A DNA stretch of 64,000 nt from Camelus dromedarius (GCF_036321535.1 NC_087437.1:78246001-78310000), one strand, 5' to 3'; positions 25,555 through 39,189 are shown, numbered from the stretch's first letter. The notes: generated by a model from the sequence alone, not told the origin. Translations and numbers: made by a program.

Positions 25555-27210
25555 CTTTTTTTAACATTTTTTATTGATTTATAATCATTTTACAATGTTG
25601 TGTCAAATTCCAGTGTTCAGCACAATTTTTAACTTATTCATGGACTTATACACACTCATTGTCACATTTTTTTCTCTGTGAGTTATCATAACATTTTGTG
25701 TATATTTCCCTGTGCTATACAGTGTAGTCTATTCTACAATTTTGAAATCCCAGTCTATCCCTTCCCACCCTCCACCCCTCTGGTAACCACAAGTCTGTAT
25801 TCTCTGTCTGTGAGTCTATTTCTGTCCTTTATTTACGCTTTGTTTTTGTTTGTTTGTTTTTGTTTTTTAGATTCCACATATGAGCGATCTCATATGGTAT
25901 TTTTCTTTCTCTTTCTGGCTTACTTCACTTAGAATGACATTCTCCAGGAGCATCCATGTTGCTGCAAATGGCATTATGTTGTTGGTTTTTATAGCTGAGT
26001 AGTATTCCATTGTATAAATATACCACCTCTTCTTTATCCAGTCACCTGTTGATGGACATTTAGGCTGTTTCCATGTTTTGGCTATTGTAAATAGTGCTGC
26101 TATGAACATTGGGGTGCAGGTGTCATCCTGAAGTAGATTTCCTTCTGGATACAAGCCCAGGAGTGGGAGTCCTGGGTCATATGGTAAGTCTATTCCTAGT
26201 CTTTTGAGGAATCTCCACACTGTTTTCCATAGTGGCTGCACCAGACTGCATTCCCACCAGCAGTGTAGGAGGGTTCCCCTTTCTCCACAGCCTCTCCAGC
26301 ATTTGTCATTTGTGGATTTTTGAATGACGGCCATTCTGACTGGTGTGAGGTGATACCTCATTGTAGTTTTGATTTGCATTTCTCTGATAATTAGTGATAT
26401 TGAGCATTTTTCATGTGCCTATTTATCATTTGTATGTTTTCCTTGGAGAATTGCTTGTTTAGGTCTTCTGCCCATTTTTGGATTGGGTTGTTTATTTTTT
26501 TCTTATTGAGTCGTATGAGCTGCTTATATATTCTGGAGATCAAGCCTTTGTCGGTTTCACTTGCAAAAATTTTCTCCCATTCCGTAGGTTTTCTTCTTGT
26601 TTTATTTCTGGTTTCCTTTGCTGTGCAGAAGCTTGTAAGTTTCATTAGGTCCCATTTGTTTATTCTTGCTTTTATTTCTTCTAGGAGAAAATTTTTTAAA
26701 TGTATGTCAGATAATGTTTTGCCTATGTTTTCCTCTAGGAGGTTTATTGTATCTTGCCTTATGTTTAAGTCTTTAATCCATTTTGAGTTGATTTTTGTAT
26801 ATGGTGTAAGGGAGTGTTCTAGCTTCATTGTTTTACATGCTGCTGTCCAGTTTTCCCAATACCATTTGCTGAAGAGACTGTCTTTATTCCAATGTATATC
26901 CTTGCCTCCTTTGTCAAAGATGAGTTGACCAAAAGTTTGTGGGTTCATTTCTGGGCTCACTATTCTGTTCCATTGGTCTATATGTCTGTTTTGGTACCAA
27001 TACCATGCTGTCTTGATGACTGTAGCTCTATAGTATTGTCTGAAGTCTGGGAGAGTTATTCCTCCAGCCTCTTTCTTTCTCTTCAGTAATGCTTTGGCAA
27101 TTCTAGGTCTTTGATGGTTCCATATGAATTTTATTGATTTTTTCTAGTTCTGTGAAATATGTCCTGGGTAATTGGATAGGGATTGCATTAAATCTGTAGA
27201 TTGCCTTGGG
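25555..27210 (-). mobile_element. Young 5'-truncated LINE-1 (~1.65 kb)
   Basis: T-tract, 3' UTR and ORF2 C-terminal third with recognisable L1 protein motifs. Confidence 0.97.
25867..27210 (-). pseudogene. L1 ORF2p C-terminal remnant, frameshifted near 26400 and 27135
   Basis: [36 protein letters not shown], cysteine-rich [28 protein letters not shown]. Endonuclease and RT core are absent. Confidence 0.93.
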
Positions 27211-27557
27211 ATATACACACAAATGTATTTATGTACATGAATATATACATAAGCATATGCATGCATGTCTGTGGATAGAGGAGGCCAAGGTTGATTGACT
27301 AGAGTACTAATTAATAAAATGTAATATGATATTACCTATTCTAAGTATTACTAATTTTTGGTAATTTGGATTTAAGAACTTATCGATTTTTTAAAATAAG
27401 TAACATGATGAAGAATTGAGATTTAACTGGACTGGAGAAAATGAATTCTATAATATACAAAAGTTGCTTGTTATGCCCTTAAAAAGGGATTTGGATTTAC
27501 AAGTTATGATAACCTTAGATAATTCTCTCCTGCTGATCATCAAGGAGCTCTCCTTTT

Positions 27558-28085
27558 CCCCCCAGCTTTTGACATACAACAGAACAATAAAGTTGTAAGA
27601 TATTTAAAATGTACAACATGATGACTTGACATACTTATACACTGTGAAAGGACTGCCCCTTGTTTAGTTAACTAACTCATCCATCACCTCACTTTTACCT
27701 TTTTTAAATAAGAAAATTTAAGTTCTTTTTTCTTAGTAAATTTCAATTATACAATACAGTGTTGTCAATGATAGTCACTGGGTTATATACTAGACCCTCA
27801 GACATTATTCATCTTATAAATGAAAATTTGTACCCTTTTACTAACCTCTCCCTATTCCCAACCCCTAACTTCTAACGAACCCAATTTTCTACTTTGTTTT
27901 ATGAGTTCAACTTTTTTTTTTTTTTTTTAGATTCCATATATAAATGGAATACCATGTGTTATTTGTCTTTCTCTGTCTGGCATATTTCAATTAGCATAAT
28001 GTCCTCCAGGTTCATTTATGTTGTCACAAATGACAGGATTGCCTTCTTTTTACAATACTGAATAGTGCTACTTTGTGTATATAGA
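27558..28085 (-). mobile_element. Older L1 3' end (L1MA-like)
   Basis: atttcaattatacaatacagtgttgtc...ttagattccatatataa...ttgtcacaaatgacaggatt. Confidence 0.8.
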
Positions 28086-28774
28086 CCAAAGACCTTTCTA
28101 AAACACAAAACAAAACAATAAATTTACTTCAGTTCTATAGAGAAAGTCCTCAGTAATCCCTAAAATAGATGTAGCTTTTAAAAAATAGAAGAAATACATT
28201 GTAATTTATTAATGTGATCTATGCATATGTAAGTATATTTGGGATTTCTGGTCTCTCTCTTATAACTTTTAGTTTTACTTCTTTTTAAATTACTCTCTTG
28301 GGTAATAGAATAAGTTTCTCTAATCATCTCCGTATTCTGTATTTTTATGCAAATTGTAAGAAATAATTTTTATATTTGAATGAAAGAAAATTTTCATTGA
28401 AAAATAGAAGTGTAAAATAATGCTACATTGTTCTTCCAATCTAAAACAAAGTCAAATGTCTGGAAGAAGAAATGGAGAGAAGAATATATAATATAAAAAA
28501 AATTGAATCTTAGTACACTATCACTTTTACTTCTATCATTCATTTAGTTAATTCCAATAGTTCTCCTATAACAAAAACCGTAACTTATCTTCAATTAGTA
28601 TATAGTAATACATATTAGAATCTATACCATATCTACTGCTTTTCTTTTCAGCAATTCTTCACAACATAGAAAATACTTTTACTTTAAGCATTACAGTAAG
28701 ATGATACATGTTATAAAAGAAACTATAATGGGGACAGGAGAAAAATATTATTACAAATGACTTAAAGGCAAGTT

Positions 28775-29297
28775 ATCCAGTCAGCAGATGGCTACCAACA
28801 ATTCCTTCAATCTCTCATCAAGACATAGAAGGTATTTTCCCTCTTTTAAATCATTGCTGGTCCTATGACTTGTTTTGACCAAGTGAATGAGGCAACAGTG
28901 ATATTGTGTGAGGTCTGGTGCGTGGCTCTTCCTTAACAGGCTTAGCGGCTTCCATTTTCATTCTTTTGGAGTCCAGCCACAAAGTGAAAAAGCTGTAGGC
29001 AAGATTATTGAGTGATGAGAGAGAAAAAACCCCAGCCAGTCTGCAGGCATTCCAGATACAGAGGAGGTGCCATGAGTGTGAATGAAACCATCTTGAATGT
29101 GTGCTCCCAATCATGCTCCCAGCAGAAGGGAGCCAAAAAGTGCTTTGTTTCCTCAGCCAACACCCTGTGGCACAGAAAAAAAGCTAAGTCAGCCAACTCA
29201 AAAAATTATAAGAAATAATGAGAAATAGTAAATCATTGCTATTTTATGCCACTAGATTTTGGATTCATTTGTTACATGGGAATCCAGAACTGAAACA
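28775..29297 (+). mobile_element. MLT1 (MaLR) solo LTR
   Basis: tgacttgttttgaccaa...atgccactagattttgg...tttgttacat...aactgaaaca. Confidence 0.75.
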
Positions 29298-29452
29298 TGA
29301 TTTCTTTGAGAATATACATTACTATCAAATATAAATTTTTGAACTAAATAATTTTTGTTACAAGTAAAAAGGACCAAGCTACCCCATCTAAGCACTCATG
29401 AATTGGAAATAAAGATAGTTTAATTATAAGAGAATTTGGGGTGACCAGTAGT

Positions 29453-30004
29453 TGTATCTATTAGAGTACTTTCAGCTGCAAGTACAAAATTCCTTACTGA
29501 TACTTGCTGAAAGCAATAAAGACATTAATCATGCCCAAGTCTAGACACAGATAACCCAATACTGATAGATGCTTAATAGTGTCTTCAAGCAGCTAGATTC
29601 TTTTCATCCTCTGTGTATTTTCCTCAGCAAGTTACTCTCTGTATCATGGGGGTAAGATGACTTATCTCAGATTCAGACATTACATTCATGTTCAAGGCAA
29701 GAAAGGTGATGCCATCTGCATGCTTCTTTTTAATAGAAAGTAAATTTTCTTAGAAGCAACTCTAATCAAGTAGTAGTCATGTACTATGTATGTTCTATTT
29801 GTCAGAATGGGCTCACATGGCCATAATGGCCACAATAGGAAGCTGGTAAATTCCGTATCTGGCAAAGGAATAAAGATTGTCGTAACAACTTAGACTAGTT
29901 TTGCTTTGTCATATGTAGAAGGACATCAATGTGATTCTGAACAACACTGGATTCTACCAATAAGAAATAAAGGATGATGGGTAAGCAACCAAAAAGATCT
30001 GGCA
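29453..30004 (-). mobile_element. Old MLT1 (K/L-like) LTR
   Basis: ttagagtactttcagctgcaagtac start and ttgtcagaatgggctcacatggcca. Confidence 0.55.
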
Positions 30005-30129
30005 TGTTGAATGAATTCATTCATACTAGGACCCTATTATTCTGAGTTTAGAGAAAATGTTTTGCTCTGTTTTCTTTTTAAATCTGTGACAGCAATTGCT
30101 TACAAAAACCCTGGCAACAGCGACCACAA

Positions 30130-30840
30130 TCTTTTAAAGTCAATTAAAGGAAATTCCTTCTTATTCTTAATTTGTTGAGAGGTACTCTAAAAATTATAAA
30201 TGATATTGAAATGTGACTAATTCTTTTTCTTTACCTATTAAAATTATCTTGATGAATCACATTCATTGATTTTTTTTTTAAACTGAGAAAGTAATTTTGC
30301 ATTCCTGGGATGAATCCAATTCTGTCATGATGCATTATCCTTTTTATTTTTTAAAGTATTTCTTTTGCTAAAATTTGTTTAGGATTTTTGTATTTATTTT
30401 TACAAATAAGCCTCTAATTTTCTGATTTTTTTAATCCCCTTTTCAGATTTTGGGACTCAGGTTATTCTAACATCATAAAATAATTTGAGGAATATTCTCA
30501 ATTTGTTTTTCCCCCAATTTTTGTATCTGATTAGATTTATTCATTCCTTGATGTTATTCCTGGTTTGCACTGAAGCAATAATTTTTAGTCAGATCTGTTG
30601 TGATATAATTTATGTCCTATAAAGTTGACCCATTGTACGTATAGTTTGATGATTTATACAAACACGTACTAACTGTATGTTTGTGGTAATTACAACCACA
30701 ATCAAGATATAGAATAATTTTGTCAACCTCAAAGTACCACTTTTTGGCAATTACCTATTATCCCACTCTGAGCCACCTGGCAACCAATGATCTGATTTCT
30801 ATTCTTATATTTTTGCTTTCTTCAGAGTATCCAAAATTAT
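30130..30840 (-). mobile_element. Old L1 fragments
   Basis: gcattcctgggatgaatcc...ttgtttaggatttttg (ORF2) and accacaatcaagatatagaata (L1M 3' UTR). Confidence 0.6.
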
Positions 30841-31439
30841 ACCTGGAATTCTAAGATTTACCCTTTCTTCTTATCCTATCCATCCCTGAGCTAAGATAAA
30901 ATAAATTTTCTTCAGTGTTTCTAAGTATTTCCTCATACAATCTATGCCTATGTGGTAGGTAACTTCCAACATGGCCCCCAAAGAGCCTCACCTCCTGCTA
31001 TGAATGCCCTAGTGCAACACACTCCCCTCGAACGTAAGATGGACTTACTGACTCAATTCTAACTAACAGAATATGGCATCTGTGATAGGATTTCACTTCC
31101 AATATTAAGTTAGAAAAAGACTGGCTTCCATCTTGGTGCCTTCTCTTTCTCTCTCTCAGATTGCTCACTTGGGGAAGCCAGCTACCATGAACTGATGCAT
31201 CTATGTGGAAAGTACTACGTGAGTGAGCTTGGAAGCAGATCTTCTGAGACCTGCCAAAAGCTGTATGAGTGAACTTGGAGAGAGATCTTCCCCAGCTGAG
31301 CCTAGAGATGGTTACAGACACCTTGATAATGGATTTGTAAGAGTTCTTAAACCAGGACAATCCAGATGAGTCAATCCTGTAATCCTGACCCAGAGAAACA
31401 GTGAGAAAATAAATGTTTATTGTTTATAGCTGCTTAAGG

Positions 31440-32325
31440 TGTCTTAGTTTCCTAAGGCTGCTGTAACAGGTAATTACAAACTGGGTAGCATAAAAGAGAA
31501 GAAATGTGTTCTTTAACAGATCTGGAGTCTAGAAATCCAAAAACAATTTCAGCGAGTCAAAATCAAGGTATCAGCCAAGCCACACTTCCTCTGGAGACTG
31601 TAAAGGAGAATCTGGTACATGCTGCTCTGTTGACTGGCCTGTCACTACATCAGTCCAATCTCTGCCTCCTTCTTCAGATTGCTTTGCTCTCTGATTTCTC
31701 TCTGCATCTCTTTTTAAGGACACTTGTGATAGGATTTAGGGCCAACCTGGATAATCCAGATTAATCTTCTTATTCAAAATTCTTTTTTTTTTACCCTTTA
31801 GTAAATGTCTTTTTATTATCCTATTGATGTGGGAAATGCAAAATATGAATGAGGCACTTTGGCTGCACATTAAAGTACAAGGATTGCTTTGAGGAAAAGC
31901 ACTAGTGTAATTGTTTTTTTTAAATTAAAGTATAGTTGATTTACAATTTTGTGTTAGTTCCTGTTGCACAGCATTGTGATTTAGTTATACATATACAGTT
32001 ATTGAATGTAATTCCCCGTGCTATACAGTAGGACCTTGTTGTTTATCTATTTTTTATATAGTAGTTTGTATCTGCTAATCCCAAACTTCTAATTTATCCC
32101 TCCTCCCTTTCCCCTTTAGTAACCATAAATTTGTTTTCTATGTTTGTGAGTCTATTTCTGTTTCATAAATAAGTTCATTTGAAAGACAAATATCATGATA
32201 TCACTTACATGTGAAATCTAAAAAATGACTCAAAATTCTTAATTTAATCACACCCATAAAAACTTTATCATATAAAGTAACATCCACAGGTTCTAGAGAC
32301 AATGATCCAATGTCTTTGGGGCCTC
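31440..32325 (-). mobile_element. MLT1 (A/C-like) LTR nested in MLT1F, split by an L1 (31440-31784 and 32230-32325)
   Basis: tgtcttagtttcctaaggctgctgtaaca...ggataatccagattaatct, resuming tcaaaattcttaatttaatcacac...cacaggttctag. Confidence 0.8.
31785..32229 (-). mobile_element. L1 insertion with 3' transduction and 5' inversion
   Basis: TSD tcaaaattctt 31774-31784 and 32230-32240. Poly-T, non-L1 segment 31793-31912, second T-tract, L1 3' UTR to ~32180, inverted L1 piece 32181-32229. Confidence 0.85.
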
Positions 32326-32896
32326 TGAATAGGGAAATTTGTTACGTAATAATAGATAGATAATACACTACGCAGGGTAGTTTTATACAGTAATAGGTAA
32401 TTAACACACTCACCTTTATTGCAGAGTTACATCTTTATGGGTTTTTGACTCTCAAAGTCTCTTTTAGTCTTATGTCTTATTGCTTGAGGTCTAGAAACAT
32501 TTGCCGTTTCTGATTCTTCTGTGCCACAATTTATTAAAAACTCTTATTTCCTTTTATTTTGGCTGGCAAAATAAAAAATTCTTATTTGACGTCATATCTA
32601 TCTTGTAATACATTACCAAAATCAGAATCCAGCGAATACTGTTACACTGACTCTGTCTAATCACTTTACTTAGAGCAGCAGACTCAGAAGACACATGGTT
32701 TGCCTTCCAAATTATTGTAGGTCACATGTCTCCAAGTGTTTTGCCATCTATTTCATGGTTCCTCATTTTTTTGATCTTTAATAAGAGTTCATCACCATCC
32801 AATGCTGAATTACTAAAATAATATTTTATGTTTATATATATACATGTAGATATATAAAATGATGTACTGTAGCACACTACTTCTGATATCAATTTC

Positions 32897-33358
32897 TGTA
32901 TTAGATATAATAACACTAGTGTTTGTAACAGATAAACTCTGAAATCTCAGTGAGTTAACAAAACATACTTTCATTTCTTTTTCATGTAAAGCTTCCAACA
33001 CTTATGTTCTTGATTAGGAAGAGACTCTTTTTTAAACAATGATTCAAGATTCCAGGCATTTTTTTTATATTAGGGCTATAGTATCTTTGCACAGGGCTTC
33101 CATTTCTCTGTACTTATCACCATGACAGTGATATGGGAATGAGAATGGAAAATTATTTATAAGAGGTGTTTATAACACATGCTTGGAAGAAACACACATC
33201 ATTTCTGCTCACATTCCATTGAATAAAATAGCCTCCGTGGTTACATATGCTGCATGTACTTTTTTGCTTCAACTGAAATCAAGTCTGGGAAGTGGACTCC
33301 ACCTCTTTTCTCAAAAAGAAGAAGACAGGAGTTTGGTGATGACTGCTAGGTCCTCTGT
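32897..33358 (-). mobile_element. Old MLT1 (I/J-like) LTR
   Basis: tgtaacagataaactctgaaatctcagtgagttaaca and catcatttctgctcacattccattg. Confidence 0.65.
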
Positions 33359-33359
33359 A

Positions 33360-35600
33360 TGGTACCCTTTTTTGAAATTTGTTAAAACTTGTTTTATGTC
33401 TCTGAACATGGTCAATTTCCATGAAAACTTTCCTGTATGCTTGAAATATTGTATTTATGACAGTTTTTATTTGATCATTATTTTTTATTATGTTACTTTA
33501 AACTGCCATGTCTTTAATGAGTTTTTCTCTTACTTATCAATAATTTGGTGAGCAAAAGTGTGATAAAATCTCTTATGATGACAGATTTATAAATTTTTTA
33601 AATTATATTTTTCAATTTATTAGATGCTTTGAAGCTATTTTATTGAGTGTTTATAAATTTACAATTTTTAATCCTGTCCTCATGAATTAAACATTTTATT
33701 AACATAGAAAACTCTATCTATAGTAAATTTTTCCCCTAAATCCAATTTTTTCTGATATTAGCATACATACATCGATTTTCTTTTGTTTGTATTTGCCTGG
33801 TATAACTTTCTCTTACCCTCATTTTATATTCTTATACACTGAATACAACTAGCTCTTTTTAAAACACTCCTGAGTAATCTTTACCTTTTAAGTAGGAAAT
33901 TTTTCTTTTTATATTTAATATTATCACAGATAGATTTATGTCTATTGCTCATCGTATTTTGTCCCTTTTATTTGTTGCATATTATATAGATTTTTTTTCT
34001 TCCTTATTGCCTTATTTTATATTGAGTTTGTTGTCTCTTTCACTCACTCTTTTTTTTATATATCTCCTAGGTTGGAAATTATATATTCTAGTTATTTCCT
34101 TTTATTAGTCTCCCTAGAATTTACTATGACTATTTAGTTTGTTAAAGATTAAGTTAATATTTACTTTACTCTCCTCCTAAACAAGAACTTTACAATGTTC
34201 TAATTATCCTCTTCCCAGATCATATTGCTGACTATGATTTCAGTTTACTCTCTCTTGATTCTCTTAAAAGCACAAATAAGATTTTTAAATTGTTTTATGT
34301 ACTTTAATATTTATAAATAATTTTACTATTATCTTTGCACATCATTCATTCTTAAATTATATCCTTTAAAACTTGTCTAATGCATAGCCACTAGCCATAT
34401 GTGACTACTTAAATTTAAGTTAATTAAAATTAAAATTAAAAATTCAGTTCCTCAGCCACAGTAGCTGCATCTCTAAGTGCTTAAAGTCACAAGTGGCTTT
34501 TGGTTACCATACTGGACAGAACAGATGTAGAATATTTCCATCATTGCAGAAAATTCTATTGGATAGCACTGCTTTATGAAGTCTTTTAGTGATACTTTTT
34601 TGATAATGAACAGAACTTTTGTTATTTTGAAAACGTGTTTACTTTTACCTCTTTCTTGAAAGATGATTTAGTGGATGTACAGTTCTAGTTCAATGATTAT
34701 TTTCTCTAATTACCATGAATATATTATCCACTATATTTGTATTTCTACTATGATATTGAGGGGGCAGCTATTGGGCTAATTGTCATTGAGTGTCGGTAAT
34801 CCATCCTATCTCTAACTGCTTGTAAAATTTTCTCTTACTGACCGTTTCACCATATGCCATTCAAGGGACATTTTTTAACTTGTTCTGCTTGGACTTTAAG
34901 TATTTGAACCTGTGACTTTATCTTTTCTAAATTCAGGAAAACTATTAACCTATTTCTCTTTGATTATTATCTGTCTCCAATTTTCTGTTTTATATACTTC
35001 TAGTTATTTAATTTCCAAACTGTCTTTCTCTGTCTGCTTTCTTAATTTTTCTTTTATAATTTTTCTCTAGTGTTTGTGTGCCTTATATTACATAATTTCT
35101 TTATATATACATTTTCCACTTTACTAAATCTTTTATTTAAGCCTAATCTGCAGTTTGATATGACCATTTTTTAAAAATTTTAATTATTCTATTTTTGATT
35201 TCTAAAAATTATATTTAGTTGTTTCCCTAAATAAGGTTGGTTAATTTCTTCTATTTTAAATAGTCTCTTTATATTTTTAAAAATATAAAATGCCTTTATA
35301 TTTTATAACTTACAACTTCAACGTATGAAATCTTCAAGGACTTAAATGTCCAGTTTGTGTGAATTTTTTTTCCTGCTGACTCTTATTTATGGTGGTAGAT
35401 TTCTTCATTTGTTTGTTGGTTTTTAAAAATTGTGAGCTCCTGTTCCTATGAACAGTATTTATTGGAATCATTTGAGAATTGTATTAAAATGCACTGTTCT
35501 GGAAATCATTTCTGCTTGCTGATTGAAGCTTGCCTGAAAATTTGACCAACTCATCACCCTTTAAATTTTTGACTTGGAGTTTTTGCACCCATGCTGGTAG
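33360..35600 (-). mobile_element. Highly decayed old L1 internal sequence
   Basis: Very T-rich, with L1-like motifs gtatttgcctggtataactt, ttcttgaaagatgatttagtggat and aattcaggaaaa. Confidence 0.55.
34367..34571. mobile_element. MER3 hAT-Charlie MITE
   Basis: tagccactagccatatgtgacta...aaattcagttcctcag...tctattggatagcactg. Confidence 0.8.
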
Positions 35601-38600
35601 AAATGCTGCGTCTAAAACTACAAGGATTTCAGAGGTAAACAGTTAATTATTCTGAGAATCTTCTGGTCTCTAGTGAATTTTGCTTGTTGTTTTTGTTTTT
35701 CCTTACTCAACGATGTGTTAAAGTATGTCCGAGTTTTATGTGGGGGAGAGTTCTCCTCTTCTACTTAAACCCTTTGATTTGCTTCTATTCTCCTTGCTAA
35801 GAAGCCATGAAAGCCCCTAATGTAGTTAGGCTGCCAGGGTCGAGCAGATGTCTTCAGTGATAATGTATTTCCAGGGCTCGCTAACTCATTGGCACTCACT
35901 TTCTAACATTTACCAGAATAGGTAATTTTTTTCCTTCACCTCCAGCTTGGCTGTTTCTATAAAGAAGCTAGTGTGCTGATATCATTTGCCATTTTAAAAG
36001 TTTAATGTTTTGTGAATTAAACTGAAATATTTGAAAAACTTAAATATTTTCATCGATGAGGTTTTTGTTTTCCAGAATTGTTCCATATTGAATTATATTT
36101 TCAAGATCAAATGTAAAATACATTTTTAAAAGTTTATGGTAATATACACTGCTTTAGGTTTATTCCTTAAGTTGTATGCAGTATAAACAGTATGTATACA
36201 ACAGTAATTAGCAATAATCAATTTTTCCTATACAATACGAGTTTTTAAACTATAATCTGTAGTCCTCAGAGAGGTGAAAGGCAGTGAATCATGTCACAGA
36301 GTGACATGCTAGGGACAGAAGTTTGGTTATAAGCCCTCCTATCCTATTCTTCCTCAACCCAAGTATCTCAACTTTTTCCTATTTTACATACTGGAATTCC
36401 AAGCAATATTTCATTTGAATAAAGGGCTACATCAGTTTAGAAATGGCTTGAAAATTAGTGCTGAAAATCCCCATATTTTCTTCTAATGTTTTCAACTATG
36501 GGGGAACCCTAGTTATTTTGCTTGAGAGTACTCTGGTTTGTCTAGTTAATTAGATTCCTTCTGGAATAACATTTATTCATTCATCCATCTTGATATCAGA
36601 TAATTAGGAGCTAATTCAGAGTCTACAATATAGCTATTACATGATATGTCATATAACTATAAATAAATACAAATACAAATACATATTATGGATTATAAGA
36701 TTTATTGGTAAGGAGTTTTGTTCATATACTAGTTTAGATTACAAGACCCGAACAGTCCTGAATGCAGCAGTAAAGTGTAGATGGTTTGGGAAGCAGAAAA
36801 TCCTCAAAATTTCTTATTACCTGAAGCGTGTATGGTGATCATGAGTCCTTGTTAGCCTGTATGTATAGTGTACAGTGCTTATATAGGCTTGAGAGTTGAA
36901 CTGAAAGAGACAAGAAGGGGGTCAGGAAAATAGTGAAATTTGAAAGAAGATTGACTCTTTTGGATGTTAACTAAATTGGCATAAGATAATGCTGGGACTT
37001 GAAGCAGAAATTACAGTTTGAAATACGGCTATTGAATAACTTTGGTATGATTTATGAACACATTAAATGGCTAATTCCTGACACTATATTAAACATCTTT
37101 GGGAAGGACAGTAATAATATATTTGGAAAAGAGATGGCATACTGTCAGAGATCATGGGGAGGGAACATTTCTTAAAATTACATAAAATTTCCACCAAGAT
37201 GACAGAAAACATTTTTCTGCAAATATTTCTTTTGATCACTGAAATGCACCAGAATTTAACAAACTATCTGTGTTTTTCACCTGCTGCAGATGGCAAAAAG
37301 TGTCTGGTTGCCAAAGGGGTAATCTCTTGAGAGGACTGAAAAATAAATGATCTATTCTAAGATGACAGAGACCTGTTTTCTTACCAGCTGTCCCGTTAAG
37401 ATACGAAATTCTAGGAAGAATTCCCACAAGCAATTTTGTATGTTACAAGTTTATTAGAGAGGGACATTATATGTCTTAATGGCCACTTCCAAAGAGAGTG
37501 GTAACAATATTTAGTTTTGTCAGCATCTGATTGTTTAAAAATTAAGTGCTTGATTCTCTGTGCAAAGAGTTAGCCCACTGACTCCAGACTGGCAGTTATC
37601 TTAAAAAAAGAAACATTTTAGTTACAAGGTAATTTTCTATACACAGACCTAAAAGTAGGAGAGATGATTTCTATCATTCCACAGATCTGACAAATCTAGT
37701 TCTATAATTAGATCATAATTTATGTCATCAAGTTGGGAAGTCTTAGGCAATTAAAATCAGATTTTATACTTCCTTTAATACTACCTAAAAATGTGGTTCG
37801 GAATAGAATTAAAATCTATTTGCTCTCTAATGGAAAAACAGATGATAGCAGATCTCATTTGCCACCTATGAATGGGAGGATGGAAAGTAGATTACCTGTA
37901 AGAAAAGATACCAATGAAACGTTATCATTCAGAATTAGTTCTTTGATTAAATTTTGTTTTGAGGCCAAAGTGTTTCATTTTAAAAATACACATTCTGGAT
38001 TATTTGCCATTGAATCAGTAAGAGTTTCCCCTTATTATTTACATTAATCTTTTTATTCTTAAAATCATTTCATTACATATTTAATTACCTATTTCTAGCT
38101 CCTGATAGTAAAGCAAAGATGTCTCCTACTCCCTCAAAGTTATTATAGAGATTATATAGAATTGGTGTTACTTAATAACTATAAAATTTTTTCAGCTATA
38201 AAAGTGTTAGAGTATAAGAAAGTTTGCCATAGAAAATTTTGAGTGATTTCAGCAATACTAACAGCAGAAAGAATGTGAATGGGGAAGAAATCAGAACAAA
38301 TAATGGCTCAAGCCACTGGAGATAAGTGAGGCTCTTCTCAAGTGAATTTCTAAGTCAAGAATCAACAAAGCCAGGATGTGGAGGGTGAAGGGGAGAGGCA
38401 TCAGATTAATTCATGTAGGAGCCATATTAAAATAACTTGGCTTTTAAAAAAATAACAAAAGAATTGGCTCTTAGGACAACTTTTGTTTTACTCTGTAAAT
38501 AGAACACCAACTTGCCCACAGCACAGATCTTGAGAACTGTTGTTAAACGAATCAATAGATATATATTCAGAGGAAATTAGAAAGGGTGTTTGTCCTAATA

Positions 38601-39189
38601 GTGTTGTGAACAGAGTGAGGTGTCAACCGAACCTCTTCACTAGAAAAGGAGAAAAAAAATATGGTGGGATAAGGGAGGCAATTTGGTAGGGCAGTAAAAT
38701 ATACTGAATTGCTTCACCTTTCCGGAGTAAAGCCCACTTGTTCGGCAGGTGGAGTCTATTCATCTGTCTGCTTTCTCTCCTTTTTGTTCTCACTTGCCAA
38801 CTCTACCTATTGAAATATCAGTTCTAGTTGTAAATGAGTGGTTCACACTCCCTTTCAAGAGAGAGGTTTGTTTGAAAAGCATTCCTGTAACCTATCTAAT
38901 GTTATCCTTTGCCAGCTACCTCTTCTAAGATAACCCTCTGTTAATAAATACAACTCAACAACCAAGGACACAGCCTCTTAGTAAAACCATTAGCGTGAAG
39001 GAGAAGGCCCAAGATGAATAAAGAGACCAACTCTAGGGGAAAACATAATGTGCCTGTACACATTAAAACAATTTCTAAATAGTGTTCTCAGAATCACTGA
39101 CTAGGTATCTCCTGCAGGAAACTAAAACTGTCTTATATGGAAAGGGTGTGAGGGACATGTGGAGGACTGCTGAGATGTCCTTATCTTCA

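Larger units (their letters stand above)
30951..32367 (+). mobile_element. MLT1F-like LTR split by nested insertions (30951-31438 and ~32330-32367)
   Basis: tgtggtagg...atggccccca start. aataaatgtttattgttt...gctgcttaag breaks at ~31438 and resumes aatttgttacgtaataatagata...taataca. Confidence 0.8.

Noticed and set aside
25867..26960. Active retrotransposon or domesticated reverse transcriptase gene
   Set aside because: 5'-truncated, frameshifted, and lacking ORF1, endonuclease and RT core.
26413..27089. Plus-strand ORFs of 171 and 65 aa
   Set aside because: Antisense shadows of L1 ORF2.
36290..36308. Inverted repeat catgtcac-aga-gtgacatg
   Set aside because: Short, within a probable MIR remnant, and expected by chance.
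37281..37335. 55-nt minus-strand exon candidate
   Set aside because: Good acceptor but weak donor (gtgaaa), not frame-preserving, and no other support.
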